Shown here: piece by piece, positions 12,446 through 25,371 of the stretch
Numbering within the stretch: position 1 is the stretch's first letter
How the letters are laid out: each line of letters begins with the position of its first letter
Source of the DNA: Chiloscyllium plagiosum
Taxonomy: Eukaryota
DNA length: 64,000 nt
Direction: 5' to 3'
Assembly: GCF_004010195.1 (NCBI RefSeq)
Contig: NC_057710.1
Coordinates: 82,072,675-82,136,674 of the forward strand
Translations under genes and position numbers: made by a program
The notes under the pieces: generated by a model
The model's database searches: none
What the model saw: the letters and a program-made list of their open reading frames with translations, nothing else
What the model was told of the DNA's origin: nothing

Positions 12446-12641
12446 AAACAGAAAAAAAACTGAAACAAAATCGTTTTGGGTTGAGTGACCCTTCTTCGGA
12501 ACTGAAGGGGTTCTGAGGAAGGGTCACTTGAACTGAAATATTAATTCGGATTTCTCTCCTAAGATGCCAGACCTGTTGAGCTTTTCAGGCAAGTTTTGGT
12601 TTCTGATCTACAGCATCCGTACTTCCTTCGGTTTTTATTTC
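12446..12641. mobile_element. Penelope-derived fold-back element, second family, with hammerhead core
   Basis: gagtgacccttcttcggaac / gttCTGAGGAagggtcacttgaactGAAA (core 12513-12538); ends with the cagcatccg terminus. Confidence 0.75.
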
Positions 12642-13065
12642 GTAAACAACTGACCTCTTCCTTAGAATGATTTATTTCATCTCCTCTCATGAATTCTCCG
12701 TGTTCCTCTTTATGTCTCTTTCTGATTTCAATTCTTGTCTGTGTTCATGTGTAGATTGCCTTCATCTGTGAGCTTCTTTGTCATTGCTCTAGTTTTCTTT
12801 GACCCTTTTCTTTGTATATGAATTATTTCCTGTTGCCACTGTATGCAGGTCAAAAGCTGAAATGTCACATGAACCAGTATTATTTTAATCAGTATTATTA
12901 TTAGTATTATTCAGGAAAAATTCAACTGATCAATGTACCCTGCAAAGTCTTAATAATTTTCTTCAAATAGCCTTAACAACAATTACAGATATCAAAGAAA
13001 TTAAAAAATATAAATTTCCTTGACAGAACTACTTGTGGGTCAGGGTATTTTTGTATTCTTGCAAA

Positions 13066-14198
13066 CAATGAATGAACAAATAATTTTTTGTCACACATAT
13101 CTAGGAAGATACAGTGAAAAGTGTTTGTCAAGACAGTCTGGTGCCATTTTAATTAACAAAATGAATAAAAAGAAGTATTTAAATAGAGTTCATCTTCTGT
13201 TCAAACTTTGTCTCAAACACAGCTCCAGGGCTTCTGCAAGGTCTCTGTAAGATGTTCCAGGCCTCAAAGAGTCCCTGTTCCAGGTATAGCAATGACGATG
13301 CCAATGTCCCAGGAGAACATGGCTGCGCTGCCTCACCAACACTACCAAGTGTCCCCCTTCCAGGCCTACTGCAGTCAGGAGTTCCCAGTGTGGACACTGT
13401 TGCTGCCAAGAATCCAGGCTCTGGGTCTACCACAGCCAAGAGTCTCCACTGCAGGCACCAACTTTGCGAAGAGTCCAGGCTCTGGGCCTACCATCACTAG
13501 GAGTCCCCACTCTGGGCACTGCCATCATGGAAAGTCCACGCTCTGGGCCTACCACAGCCAGGAGTTCCCACTCCAGGCACCACCACTACCGTGAAGAGGT
13601 CAGGCTCTGGGCCTATCGTCACCATGAGCCCTTACTCCGGGCACCACCACCGTGAAGAGTCCAGGCTCTGGGCTTACCACAGCCAGGAGTTCCTGCCTCA
13701 GGCACCACCACTGTGAAGAGTCCAAGCTCTGGGCTGACCACAGCCAGGTGTTCCCACTCTGAGCACCACCACCGTGAAGAGTTCAGGCATTGGGCTTACC
13801 GCCATTAGGATTCCCTACTCCAGGCACTGTCACCGTGAAGAGTCCAGGCTCTGGGCCTACCACAACCAGGAGTTCCAGCTCTGAGCACTGCCACCATGAA
13901 GAGTTCAGGTTCTGGGCTATTGCCACTAGATGTCCCTGCTCCAGGCACTGCCACTGTGAATAATCCAGAGTCTGGGCCTACCACAGCCAGGAGTTCCTGC
14001 TCTGGGCACTTTTGCTCCTGCCACGAGTCCTGATGCATGCTGCCAGTGCTGCAGCAGCCCCGCCAACACCACTCCAGCCTTGAAGTTGAAGAAAGAAAAG
14101 AAAAAGAAAAATGGTGCAAAAGAGAGAAAAAAATGAATGCACTGGCCTGGAGCTCAGGAGCCCAGACACTACTTACCATGCCAGTGCCACCGTCTTGA
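13066..14198 (-). mobile_element. Non-autonomous LINE-like element containing a 61-bp tandem array
   Basis: Minus strand starts aagacggtggc (AAGATGGCGGC-like) and ends cttttcactgtatc...gtgacaa...ttcattcatt; related copies at 33712-33955 and 57168-57785. Confidence 0.65.
13262..14010. repeat. 61-bp tandem repeat (about 10 clear units, built from two ~30-bp subunits)
   Basis: Anchor gtgaagagtccaggctctgggcctaccac recurs at about 13408, 13469, 13530, 13594, 13655, 13716, 13777, 13838, 13899 and 13959. Confidence 0.92.
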
Positions 14199-14669
14199 AA
14201 AACAGTTACTGATAATCATTCCTTGCAACTGAAAATAAATGCTATGAAATGTATACATGCAACATGTTGCACTCAATTTTTTTTAATATTAAGAGGGAGT
14301 AGAGATGCATTTTCTGAATTTCAGTTTATACTGGAGTTCCAATATGTTCCCATTAATGACAATTCTATACTCTTTCAAAGTGCATAAGATTAAGTATTAC
14401 GTGTAAACTATGTAATATATAAATGCCTAAAAAATTATACACAATACTGGGTAATCTGTGTGCTCACTTTAACTTTTTTCATTTACACTTAGCTAATATC
14501 TATCAGTGTCCAGTGAAGAGAGATTATTAGCATTAACTAGAGTTAAGATATGCTTCGAACTTTATTTAGCTAATCTTATGTTAACCATTTTGCAAAGCAA
14601 ATCAGATTAATTGATCTATTGTACAGAAAACAATAGAAGGAATTTGCTTCTTTACCTCACATTCAATCA

Positions 14670-15082
14670 TGTAGAAAGTATGGACAGATTGGAATTACTT
14701 TTCCTTGAATAGATGAGATTGAGAGGGAACCTGATTGTAAATTTATGAAGGGCATACAGCCAGTAGACAGGAAGAACCTTTTTCCCTTGATGGAGAGATC
14801 AATGACAAGGGGCATGGATTCATGGTAAGGGGCAGAAGGTTTAAGGGATATGTGAGGAGAAATGTTTTCAAACTGAGGATGATGGGAAACTGGAATGCAC
14901 TGCCTGAGGGCATAGTTGTGGCAGAAATCCTCATAATCTTTAAAAAGTATTTGGATGAGCACCTGAAATGTCATAACATTCTCAAAGATATGGGCCAAGT
15001 GCTAGAAAATGGAATTGGTGTAGGTATGTTGATGTCGACTTGATGATTGAAGGACCATTCTGTGTTGTTTGATTTTATGACT
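14670..15082 (+). mobile_element. CR1 LINE 3' end, decayed
   Basis: VRGRRFKGYVRRNVF...WNALPE; CR1 tail. Confidence 0.85.
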
Positions 15083-15210
15083 CCACCTCTCTGCGTATCT
15101 TTGTATTTGTTACAGAAGTACCAAACGTAAACACCAAAGTAAAGAAATATAGACACTAATTACAACATTTCTGTTTTTAACTTCATTTTTGCAAATTACT
15201 CTAAAACCAC

Positions 15211-15396
15211 AAAGTTAAAAATCACACAACACTAGGTTATAGCCAACAGGTTTGTTTGGAAATATTAGCTTTCATTACCTGAAGAAGGAGCAGCGTTTCA
15301 AAAGCTAGTACTTCCAAATAAACCTATTGGACTATAACCTGGTGTTGTGTGATGTTTAACTTTGTCCACCCCAGTCCAACACCGGCTCCTCCACAT
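15211..15396. mobile_element. Penelope-derived fold-back element, third family, with hammerhead core
   Basis: Inverted arms aaagttaaaaatcacacaacac...gtgttgtgtgatgtttaacttt; tacCTGAAGAaggagcagcgtttcaaaagctagta; TSD-like taaaaccacaa/taaaactacaa. Confidence 0.8.
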
Positions 15397-16061
15397 TAAA
15401 ACTACAATGAGCACTGTAGGGAGTGCTGGTGGGTTTATTGTACTACCAGCTCCCTGGTTCTGACACTGGGCGTATTTATGAAATGTGGTGTGGCGAAAAA
15501 CACAGGAGGTAGATGCTTCACAAGCAAAGGAAACTCTGATTTTATTGAATCAAGCAAAATTGAGAATATGTATAATCCCTGACAAGAAAATGAATATTTG
15601 GAAAAAATTGAGACTTGTCTGACAGTTACTAACACCCCAGTAAACCCTTGCAGCCCCGACTTGCTACATTGGGTTTTGAATTACAGAGAGCTGTTCATTA
15701 CTGGGTGACAAGGGAAAAGAGAAAGACAGAGTAAACTTGAATCCTGAAGTCCTATCCTGTTCCCCTTCCCTGAGGAGTGAAGCCCACCCTTCCTACCCTA
15801 CCTTACTGAGCTGGGACAGAGAGTATTGATGACTTTATGCTCATCCCTGAAGTGGCTTCTGTTGGCTTGGATAGTTGGCTTGGATAATGCTGCTCACGCT
15901 GCTCCTAGTCGGTCCCTTGGCTCTCCAGTCACGTCTTGTCAGTGTGTGGAGGTTTGTGGATGAGGAGATTGCTCATTCTCCTTATTTTCCTGAGTCTGTG
16001 ACTGGCTATGGGTGATTCTCTTGATGCTGTCCGGATCACTTACTGAACAAACCGCAGAGAT

Positions 16062-16203
16062 CAGGGTCCCCCAGTTACGCTGACTGTCGATATCCCTTAT
16101 CTCCCACTCAGTGTCCCCCAGTTATACTGACTGTCAGTTTCCCTTATCCCCCACTCAGGGTTCCCCAGTGAAACTGACTGTCGGTTTTTCCTTATCTCCT
16201 GCC
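16062..16203. repeat. 47-bp tandem repeat x3
   Basis: cagggtcccccagttacgctgactgtcgatatcccttatctcccact units start at 16062, 16109 and 16156. Confidence 0.9.
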
Positions 16204-16629
16204 AAATCCGGATTTGATCACTGAGCTGTTGTTCCTCCTCTCGGGGCTGAATGAGCTTCCTGAGTGTTAGATGAGGTGTGAATGGTTTTCCAATTAAAGG
16301 GAGTGGGTTTTGGATAGTTTTGAATGTACATTATTTCTATTCACTGGATGTAGGTTAAGGTGTTGCTGATAGTGTGAAGGCCTTCCCATTCGAGGCAAAC
16401 AGGTTTGCATATTGTACAATGGTGTGGAATGTTCCTTATCCCTATGTCTGAGCAAATAATCAAATGTTGAATGGTTTTGTATGTTTGTGGCTCCAGAATG
16501 TCTCAGTTGTTTTTTCTGCAGGCTGGTTGACATTGTCTTTTAGCTGAGGCATTTGTAGGGGCCTTCCTTTTGCTTTATAAACAAAACCCCTGTTGAGGCA
16601 GCTGCCCCTAGGCTTGTATTTGCTTAGAC

Positions 16630-16838
16630 GAAAGTGAAGACTGCAGGTGTTGGAGGTCAGAGTCAAGATTAGAGTGGTGCTGGAAAAGTACAGCAGGTCA
16701 GGCAGCATCCGAGGAACAGGAAAAATCGACGTTCCAGGCAAAAGCACTTCATCAAGAATTCTGGATAATGAGTCCATTTTCCTGCTCCTCGGATGCTGCC
16801 TGACCTGCTGTACTTTTCCAGCACCACTCTAATCTTGA
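16630..16838. mobile_element. Penelope-derived fold-back mini-element
   Basis: tcaagattagagtggtgctggaaaagtacagcagg...cctgctgtacttttccagcaccactctaatcttga inverted arms. Confidence 0.88.
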
Positions 16839-17102
16839 ATTTGTCTAGTCTGTCTCAGCCAGGGAGCTCATTGACTCTTAGTTCAAATGAGAATTCCACA
16901 AATTTGTCTCAAGTTCCAAGGGTTTAGTCCAGGGTATCTGAAGGGAATTTTTGTCCAGCCTTACAGCTGATTAGAAAAAATGTAGTTAATTGCTCATCTT
17001 ATGCCAATTTATTATAAAGATTTTATGCTTTTCATTGGAAATGTTACTAACTTTGTTAAAGGATATACATTTCAGGAAACAATTAAAATTTAAAATATTG
17101 TC

Positions 17103-17697
17103 ACAGAGTCACAGAGATGTACAGCACGGGAACAGACCCTTGGGTCCAACACGTTCATGCTGACCAGATATCTTAACTTAATCTAGCTTCATTTGCCAGC
17201 ACTTGGACCATATCCCTTTAAACCCTTCCTATTCATATACCCATCCAGATGCCTTTTAAATGGTGTAAGTGAACCAGCCTCCACCACTTCCTCTGGCAGC
17301 TCATTCCATAATGCGCCACTCTTTGTGTGAAAAAGTTGACCCTTAGCTCCCTTTTATATCTTCCCCCTCTCACCCTAAACCTAAGCTGTCTAGTTCTGGA
17401 CTCCCCCACCCCAGGCAAAAGATCTTGTCTGTTTACCCTATCCATATCCCTCATGATTTTATAAACATCTAGAAGGTCACCCCTCAGCCTCTGATTTTCC
17501 AGGGAAAACAGCCCCAGTCTATTCAGCCTTTTTCTGTAGCTCAAATCCTCCAACCCTGGCAACATTCTTATCAATCTTTTCTAAATCCTTTCAAGTTTCA
17601 AGACATCCTTCTAATAGGAGGGAGACCAGAATTGCAGGCACACAATATTCCAAAAGTGGTCTAACCAATGTCCTGTATAGCCACAATATGACCTCCC
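17103..17697 (-). mobile_element. CR1 3' end (outer shell of nested array; resumes at 22047-22190)
   Basis: ORF 17233..17574; breaks at atgacctccc and resumes cctatactcaatgc at about 22050. Confidence 0.9.
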
Positions 17698-18478
17698 CAC
17701 TGGGAGACTGGTGAACAAGGTTAGATCTCATGGAATACAGGGAGAACTAGCCATTTGGATACAGAACTAGCTCAAAGGTGGAAGATAGCAGGTGGTGGTG
17801 GAGGTTTGTTTGTCAGACTGGAGGCCTGTGACCAGTGGAGTGCCACAAGGATCGGTGCTGGGTCCACTACTTTTCATCATTTATATAAATGATTTGGATG
17901 TGAGCATAAGAGGTATACTCAGTAAGTTTACAGATGACACCAAAATTGGAGGTGTCGTGGACAGCGAAGAAGGTTACCTCAGATTACAACAGGATCTTGA
18001 TCAGACTGGCTAATGGGCTGAGAAGTGGCAGATGGGGTTTAATTTAAATAAATGTGAAGTGCTGAATTTTGGGAAAGCAAATCTTAGTAGGACTTGTACA
18101 CTTAATGGCAAGGTCCTATGGAGTGTTGCTAAACAAAGAGACATTGAATTGCAGGTTCATAGTACCTTGAAAGTGGAGTCGCAGGTAGGTAGGATAGTGA
18201 AGAAGGCTTTTAGCATGCTTTCCTTTATTGGTCAGAGTATTGAGTACAGGAGTTGGGAGGTCATGTTGCGGCCTTTGTGCAGGACATTGGTTAGACCACT
18301 GTTGGAATATTGTGTGCAATTCTGGTCTCCTGCCTATTGGAAAGATGCTGTGAAATTTGAAAGGGTTCAGAAAAGATTTACAAGGATGTTGCCAGGGTTG
18401 GAGGATTTGAGCTATAGGGAGAGGTTGAATAGGCTAGAGCTGTTTTCCCTGGATCATTGGAGGCTGAGGGGTGATCTT
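17698..18478 (+). mobile_element. CR1 RT region (middle shell; resumes at 21684-22047)
   Basis: ORFs 17792..18013 and 18032..18550 up to LRGDL; resumes YKIIRGMDR at 21684. Confidence 0.92.
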
Positions 18479-21400
18479 AAAATTAAGGAAGTAAACACAT
18501 GGCTAAGAGATTGGTATGGGAAAGAGGGTTTCCATTTCATGGGACATTGACATCAGTTTTGGAACCGAGGCAATCTACTGATCTGGATCCAGTGTTCTGG
18601 TGAAAAGGAAAAATAGGGTGGTCACTAGGACTTTGAACTTGTGAGTCCGGGGGAAGGGAAAGGGAAAGCAACAGGGAGTATAGAGTCAAGTAGAAAGATA
18701 AGCAGCAGGTTAGCATGTGTGCAGCGTTTAAGTTCAAGGCAGACTAGGAATGAAACCAAAAGGAAGGATAACTTAGGTAGAGGTAATGGGAATCATGAGG
18801 ATAAGAAAACTAGCATTAAGGTGCTTTACCTGAATGCTCAAAGCATTCGTAACAGAGTAGATGAATTAACAGCACAAATCATCGTAAATGATTATGGTGT
18901 GGTAGACATCACAGAGAATTGTTTGCAGGGGGTTCAGGACTGGCAGTAAAACATCCAAGGATTTACAACTTATCGAAAAGACAAGGAGGTGGGCAGTGGG
19001 GGTGGGGTTGCCTTGTTAGTTAAGAATGAGATTAAATCTATGGCATGAAATCATATAGGGTCAGATGATGTGAAGTCTCTGTGGGTGAAGTTGAGGAACC
19101 ACAAAGGCAAAAAATCCATAATGGGAGTATGTACAGACCTCCCAGCAGTGGTCAGGACCAGGGGTGTAAGATGTACCAGGAAATAGATAGGGCACGTCAG
19201 AAAGATAAGGTCACAGTGATCATGGGGGACTTCAATATGCAAATGGACTGGGTAAATTATGTTGCCGGTGGATCCAAAGAAAGAAAATTCATGGAATGCT
19301 TACAGGATGGCTTTTTGGAACAGCTTGTGATAGAGCCCATAAGGGAGCAGGCTTTTCTAGACTTAGTGCTATGTAATGAGCCAGACTTTATTAAAGGTCT
19401 TAAAGTTAGGAGGTGGTGATCATAATATGGTAAACTTCAGTCTGCAGTTTGACAGAGAGAATGCAAAATTGGATATAATGGTATTACAGTTAAATAAAGG
19501 TAATTACAGGGGCATGAGAGAGGAACTGATGAAAATTGACTGGAAGCAGAGCCTAGTGGAGAAGACAGTAGAGCAACAATGGCACGAGTTTTTGGGTGTA
19601 ATTGAGGACACAGTACAGAGGTTCATCCCAAAGGAAAGAAATATTACCTGGGAGGGCAGGATCTAACAACCATGGCTGATGAAGGAACTCAGGAAATGTA
19701 TCACAGAAAATGAGAGAGCCTATAAAGTAGCTAAGAGCACTGGGAAATCAGAAGATTGGGAAAACTACAAAAACAAACAGAGGATAACAAAGAGAGAAGT
19801 AAGTAAGGAGAGGATCAAATATGAAGGTAAGATAGCCAGTAATATTAGAAATGATGGTGAAAGTTTCTTTCAATACATAGGAAACAAATGAGAAGCAAAA
19901 GTAGAGATTGGGCTGTTCCAAATTGATGCAGGAAGGCTAGTGATGGGAGATAAGGAAACAGCTGAAGAACTTAATAAATACTTTGTATCAGTCTTCACAG
20001 TGGAAGATGTGAGTAATATCCCAGCAATTAAGGAGAGTCAAGGGGCAGAGTTGAGTATTAGAGAGGAGAAAGTACTTGATAAGCTAAAAGGTCTAAAAAC
20101 TGATAAACCTCCTGGCCCAGATGGGCTGCATCTTAGAGTTCTGAGAGAGTTGGCTGAAGAAATAGCAGAGGCGCTGACTGTGATCTTTCAAAAATCATTG
20201 CAGTCAGGGAAAGTCCCAGATGATTGGAAAATTGCTGTTTTAACCCCCTTGTTCAAGAAAGGATAAGGACAAAAGATGGAAAAGTATTGGCCGATTAGCC
20301 TAACCTCGGTTGTAGGTAATATTCTAGAATCCATCGTTAAGGATGAGATTTCTAAATTCTTGGAAGTACAGCGTCGAATTAGAACAAGTGAGCACAGATT
20401 TAGTAAGGGGTGGTCATGCCTGACAAACCTGTTAGAATTCTTTGAAGAGGTAACAAGTAGGTTAGACCAGGGAAACCCAGTGGATGTTATCTACCTAGAC
20501 TTCCAAAAGGCATTTGATAAGGTGCCTCACGGGAGGCTGCTGAGTAAGGTGAGGGCCCATGGTGTTCAAGGTGAGCTACTGGCATGTATTGAGGATTGGC
20601 TATCTGACAGAAGGCAGAGAGTTGGGATAAAAGGTTCTTTTTCAGAATGGCAGATGGTGACAAGTGGTGTCCCACAGGGTTCAGTGTTGGGGCCCCAGCT
20701 GTTCACTTTATATATTAATGATCTGGATGAAGGGACTGGTGGCATTCTGGTGAAGTTCACTGATGATATGAAGTTAGGTGGACAGGCAGGTAGTACTGAG
20801 GAGGTGGGGAGGCTGCAGAAAGATTTAGACAGTTCAGGAGAGTGGTCCAAGAAATGGTTGATGAAATTCAATGTGAGCAAATGCGAGGTCTTGCACTTTG
20901 CACAAGTACTATTTTATAAACGGTAAGAAAATTCATAAAGCCAAAGTACAAAGGGATCTGGGAGTACTAGTACTAGTACTAGTACCTTTAGTTATCTCTA
21001 AAGGTTGACTTGCAGGTTGAATCTGTGGTTAAGAAAACAAATGTAATGTTGTTATTTATTTCAAGAGGGCTGGAATGTAAAAGCAGTGAGGTGCTACTAA
21101 GAATTTATAAAGCTCTGGTGAGGCCCATTTAGAATACTGTGTCCAGTTTTGGTCCATACCTCAGGAAGGACATATTGGCACTGGAGCGTGTCCAGCAGAG
21201 ATTCACAGGAATGCTCCCTGGAATGGTAGGCCTAACATATGATGAACGGCTGAGGATCTGGGATTGTATTCATTAGAGTTCAGAAGGTTGAGGGGAGATC
21301 TAAGAGAAACTTACAAGATAATGCATGGCTTAGAAAGGGTGGACGCTGGGAAATTGTGTCTGTCAGGTGGGGATATTAGGACCTGTGGGCACAGCCTTAG

Positions 21401-21686
21401 AATTAAAGAGGATCAATTTCGAACAGGAATGAGGAGACATTTCTTCAGCCAGAGAGAGGTGGGCATGTGGAATTCACTGCCACAGAGTGCAATGGAGGCC
21501 GGGACATTAAATGTCTTCAAGACAGAGATTGATAAATTCTTAATCTCGCAAGGAATTAAGGGATACAGGGAGAATGTAGGTAAGTGGCGTTGAAATGCCC
21601 ATCAGCCATGATTGAATGGCAGAGTGGACTCAATGGGCCGCATGGCCTTACCTCCAAATCCTACTTCTTATGGTCTTATGGTCTTA
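18479..21686 (+). mobile_element. About 3.2-kb CR1 LINE of a different subfamily: end of ORF1 plus decayed ORF2 (EN and RT)
   Basis: KIKEVNTWLRDWYGKEGFHFMGH (ORF1 esterase-type C-terminus); LYLNAQSIRNRVDEL, IMGDFN, DHNMV (APE endonuclease); [28 protein letters not shown] (RT); tail (cttatggt)n. Confidence 0.95.
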
Positions 21687-22047
21687 TAAAATCATTAGGG
21701 GCATGGATAGGATTAATGGACAAAGTCTTTTCCTTGGGGTGGGGGAGTCCAGAACTAGATGGCATAAGTTTAGGGTGAGAGGGGAAAGACATAAAAGAGA
21801 CTTAAGGGGCAACATTTTCACGCAGAGGGTGGTACGTGTATGGAATGAGCTGCCAGATGAAGTGATGGAGGCTGATTCACTTACAATATTTAAAGGCATC
21901 TGGATGGGGATATGAATAGAAAGGGTTTGGAGGGATGTGGGCTGGGTACTGGCAGGTGGGACTAGATTGGGTTTGGATATCTGATCGGCATGGACGGGTT
22001 GGACCAAATGATCTGTTTCTGTGCTGTACATCTCTATGACTCTATGA
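21684..22047 (+). mobile_element. CR1 3' end completing the 17698-18478 element
   Basis: YKIIRGMDRINGQSLF...WNELP; tail ctctatgactctatga. Confidence 0.92.
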
Positions 22048-25030
22048 TTCCTATACTCAATGCTCTGTCCACTAAAGGAAAGCTTCTTCGCTATCCTATC
22101 TACCTGCGACTCTGTTTTCAAGAAGCTATGAACCTGTACTCCAAGGTCTTTTTATTTAACAAAATTCCTGAGGACCTTACCGTTAAGTGGAGAAGTTGAC
22201 TTATGTGTTTTATGGATGTTATGCATGCAGGTTAATTTATTATTTGTGATGTATAAAATAATATTACTGATGAAAGCATGTTGCCTTGCTTTTCCCCTGA
22301 ACAGTAGATGCCTTAAATCTAAATGAAGCAGAAAGTAATGCTGATTAGTGTTCCGAATGAGGTAACAAAGTAAATAAACCTCATATCAAGCTTCTGCTAA
22401 AATTATCAAGCTTAAAACTACTGTCGAATGATGGCCTGAGGACACGGATAAATGATCACCCTGTAATTTTTTGAACAACGGAAAATAAAGTAGATGTTCA
22501 TTTCTTTTTAGTTGTTTTAAATTGTTAACAACAATTACAGTTTGTTTCAGGACTGGGTGTAACCAACAAGTACAGTAAAATATTAAAACATTAAAAACTA
22601 TTATATTGATCCTACAATTCTGCTTGAAGGTTACAATCAAAGACCAAAAATAGATCCAAGATTCTGCTAGTTGAATTAAAAATACAACTCCTCAGTGCTT
22701 ACCTCATAAACCATGGTTGAAACTATTGTTTGAAAATACTATGAATTGAAATTCAGATTAAATCGGTAACATTGATGATGGAAAATGATTAAATGTCACA
22801 CTTTGAAATAGTTTCTAAGAATGTTAAATAGGGCCACTAATTTATCAGTTTCATGTCTGGGAGATTATAATTGAGAATTATGGTCTAGTTTTGTCTGTTG
22901 ATTTGACTTGTCAATGTACAAGTAAAAGGCATATTCCAATCCAATGCACAATTCATGACATCCATATTCGAGCAGATGCACCACTTCTGACTTGGACATT
23001 TGATGAATAATGTAGGTTTTGTGAGCTTTGGTAGAATTACATATCAATGAGAGTTTGAATGATTGCCTAAACAGCAACATCAGACTGGAATCTAGCAGTT
23101 ATTTTAATTAAATATAAAGTAAAAAGGTACTCCTGTGCATATCTACATCATTTAATGCTATAAGAAGTTGTTAATTGTTTTTAATCAGAGTACTGAACAG
23201 TACACAGATCTGTACTGACAAACATGCTTATCCGGATTTTATTTAATATTTATCCATCATTACTCTCAAACATAACACATTCATTCCTAGCTTGTTGAGC
23301 CTGTTCTGTTACTGTTTCCCTTTGGTGCATCTATTAATATTTCATCAGCTCCAATGTGTTATGTGTGAATCAACCTTTGTTCCTCCAGGTGGCTATAGAT
23401 AAAGGTCAAATTATTCAGCTCAATGCCCTGAGTTTATAAGTGGCAGGCTGGTTGCTATACATCAGTTGCTGAAAAGAGTAATAACTTCACACTGAACAAT
23501 CCAGTAAGATAAACCCAATGCAAAATTAATTGCTATTTTAGCTGGATTTCATCTCTATGTCAAGATCCAATTTATCAAAGTCTAGTATTTTCCATTAGTT
23601 TGCTTTGATGTTAGACCTGATGAAAGCTATGAAAAGCAGACATTCTTAAAATGTGATAATTCCTGCTAAAATATTGATTCGGGTATGTTAGCTATTTCTA
23701 TGACATGTCTATCTTGTTGCAAGTTAACATGTCTACAAAGGTGACAAATATTTTTCCAGTGATGGAATATACTTTAATATGGTGGTCACACTTTTCATGC
23801 AGACGCTGTCTAGATAATGATTAAAAAATTGACATATGTGTTAAAAGAAAGATCAAAGCTCTTATATATAAACAGAAACCATAGCTAAATTGGGAGGTAT
23901 GGCTCAAATAGCATTGTGATTCAAAGTAAATCTGTGGAGCATTATGCCACTCGTAAAAGTCAGAATTCAGCAAGTTCTTCTTTCAAGATCTCCACAAAAC
24001 TTAAAATAGCATCAGCAAATGCAATCAAACTTCTGAGAAAGAAAAATTAAATGGAAATCAGATTGAAATTCTGAAAACAAAAGAATCAAACTCTTTTATT
24101 GTGCATTTCTGAAATCATTCGATATTGCACAAATAATTGTTTGTATATTGAGTTATCCTTGATTTATTTAATTCATGAAAACAAATGCATACTCTTCACA
24201 ATTGAAGTATACTAAAATACAATTATGATTTAGAATGCTGTAATGGGTCCCCATTACTTCCTTATGCTGCTTCACAAAAGGAATATCCTTTGATCTTATT
24301 GAATACAGAATCTTACTGAAATTGCACAAATATAACCTTTTGCATTAACTGAACAGGGATTTCCTATTATCTTCATCTTCAGATTTCCCAAGTGCAAAGG
24401 TTAACTGTCAAGTAGAATGTGGTCCTCCAATACATTCAATGACAGATTTAAGCATAAAATCTTTAATGAAACAAAGTATATCCACACCATAGTCATTGTC
24501 AATATTATTTTAAATAATCAAGACAGTTTTTTAATACATTTAACAGCTGACTACTGGAAAGAAAAACTATGAGACCAATTATCAACAATGCTCTGTACTG
24601 CCTTGGTGCAGACATTGATAAAAGGACATACTTGTAGTCAAGAGGTAAGAGTAACTACTTTTGACACCAACAGAAATTGACCAACTTTGGCAGTAAAAAG
24701 ACTGGTGAAGTCAATGGGAATCAGAGCTTAGAATGTTACGTGATATAAAGGAAGATATTTGTGGTGTACAAAGCTAGGCAGTTGCTGAAAAGTTATGAAT
24801 TTTATATCTTGCATTCAGGCCAATTTGCAAAAAAAAATGCAAGGTAAAGTGAAAACAATCCCTATATATCCCATAAACAAATATGCGCAAGGTGAGCTTT
24901 TCGGTGTAATTATTAGCCACTCGGGATTATTTTGCAAATGATAGTTGAGTACAGAGTCACGTGTATAATGAACACTGTTTCCTGAATTTTTCAAGCAGAG
25001 GCTGGTAAGTAACAGTTTGCCTTCGAAGAA

Positions 25031-25245
25031 AGACAAAATACTGTGAATGCTGGAGATCTGAAATAGAGAATGCTGGAGAAACTAAACAGATCTTGTATCA
25101 TCTGTGGAGCCAGAAATAAAGTTAATTTTATCTCATATGACTCTTTTCTGAATACGCATATCAGACTCAAAATGTTGACTCTGTTTTTCTCTCCATTTAT
25201 GCTACCAGACCTACTGAGTTTTTTTTTCAGCATTCTCTGTGTTTG
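25031..25245. mobile_element. Old Penelope-derived fold-back element
   Basis: gagaatgctggagaaact...agtttt...cagcattctct inverted arms; decayed gactcaaaatgttgac core. Confidence 0.65.
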
Positions 25246-25371
25246 TCACAGTCCATACCTTGCTTATTATGAAAAGTTAAAAGGATATGCTGTTGACGTA
25301 TGATCTGATAGGCTTTGAGACAATACAGCTTACACACCTAGCATTATATTAGTATTGAAATGTGAATGAAT

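Noticed and set aside
13179..14179. ORFs over the 61-bp array, or the array as a CRISPR
   Set aside because: The unit length is not a multiple of 3 and ORFs are short on both strands; there are no unique spacers and the context is eukaryotic.
17103..18478. Twin-primed inverted CR1
   Set aside because: Both pieces resume separately downstream, so they are two nested elements.
18032..18550. RT-esterase fusion protein
   Set aside because: Chance read-through across a nested insertion junction at 18478/18479.
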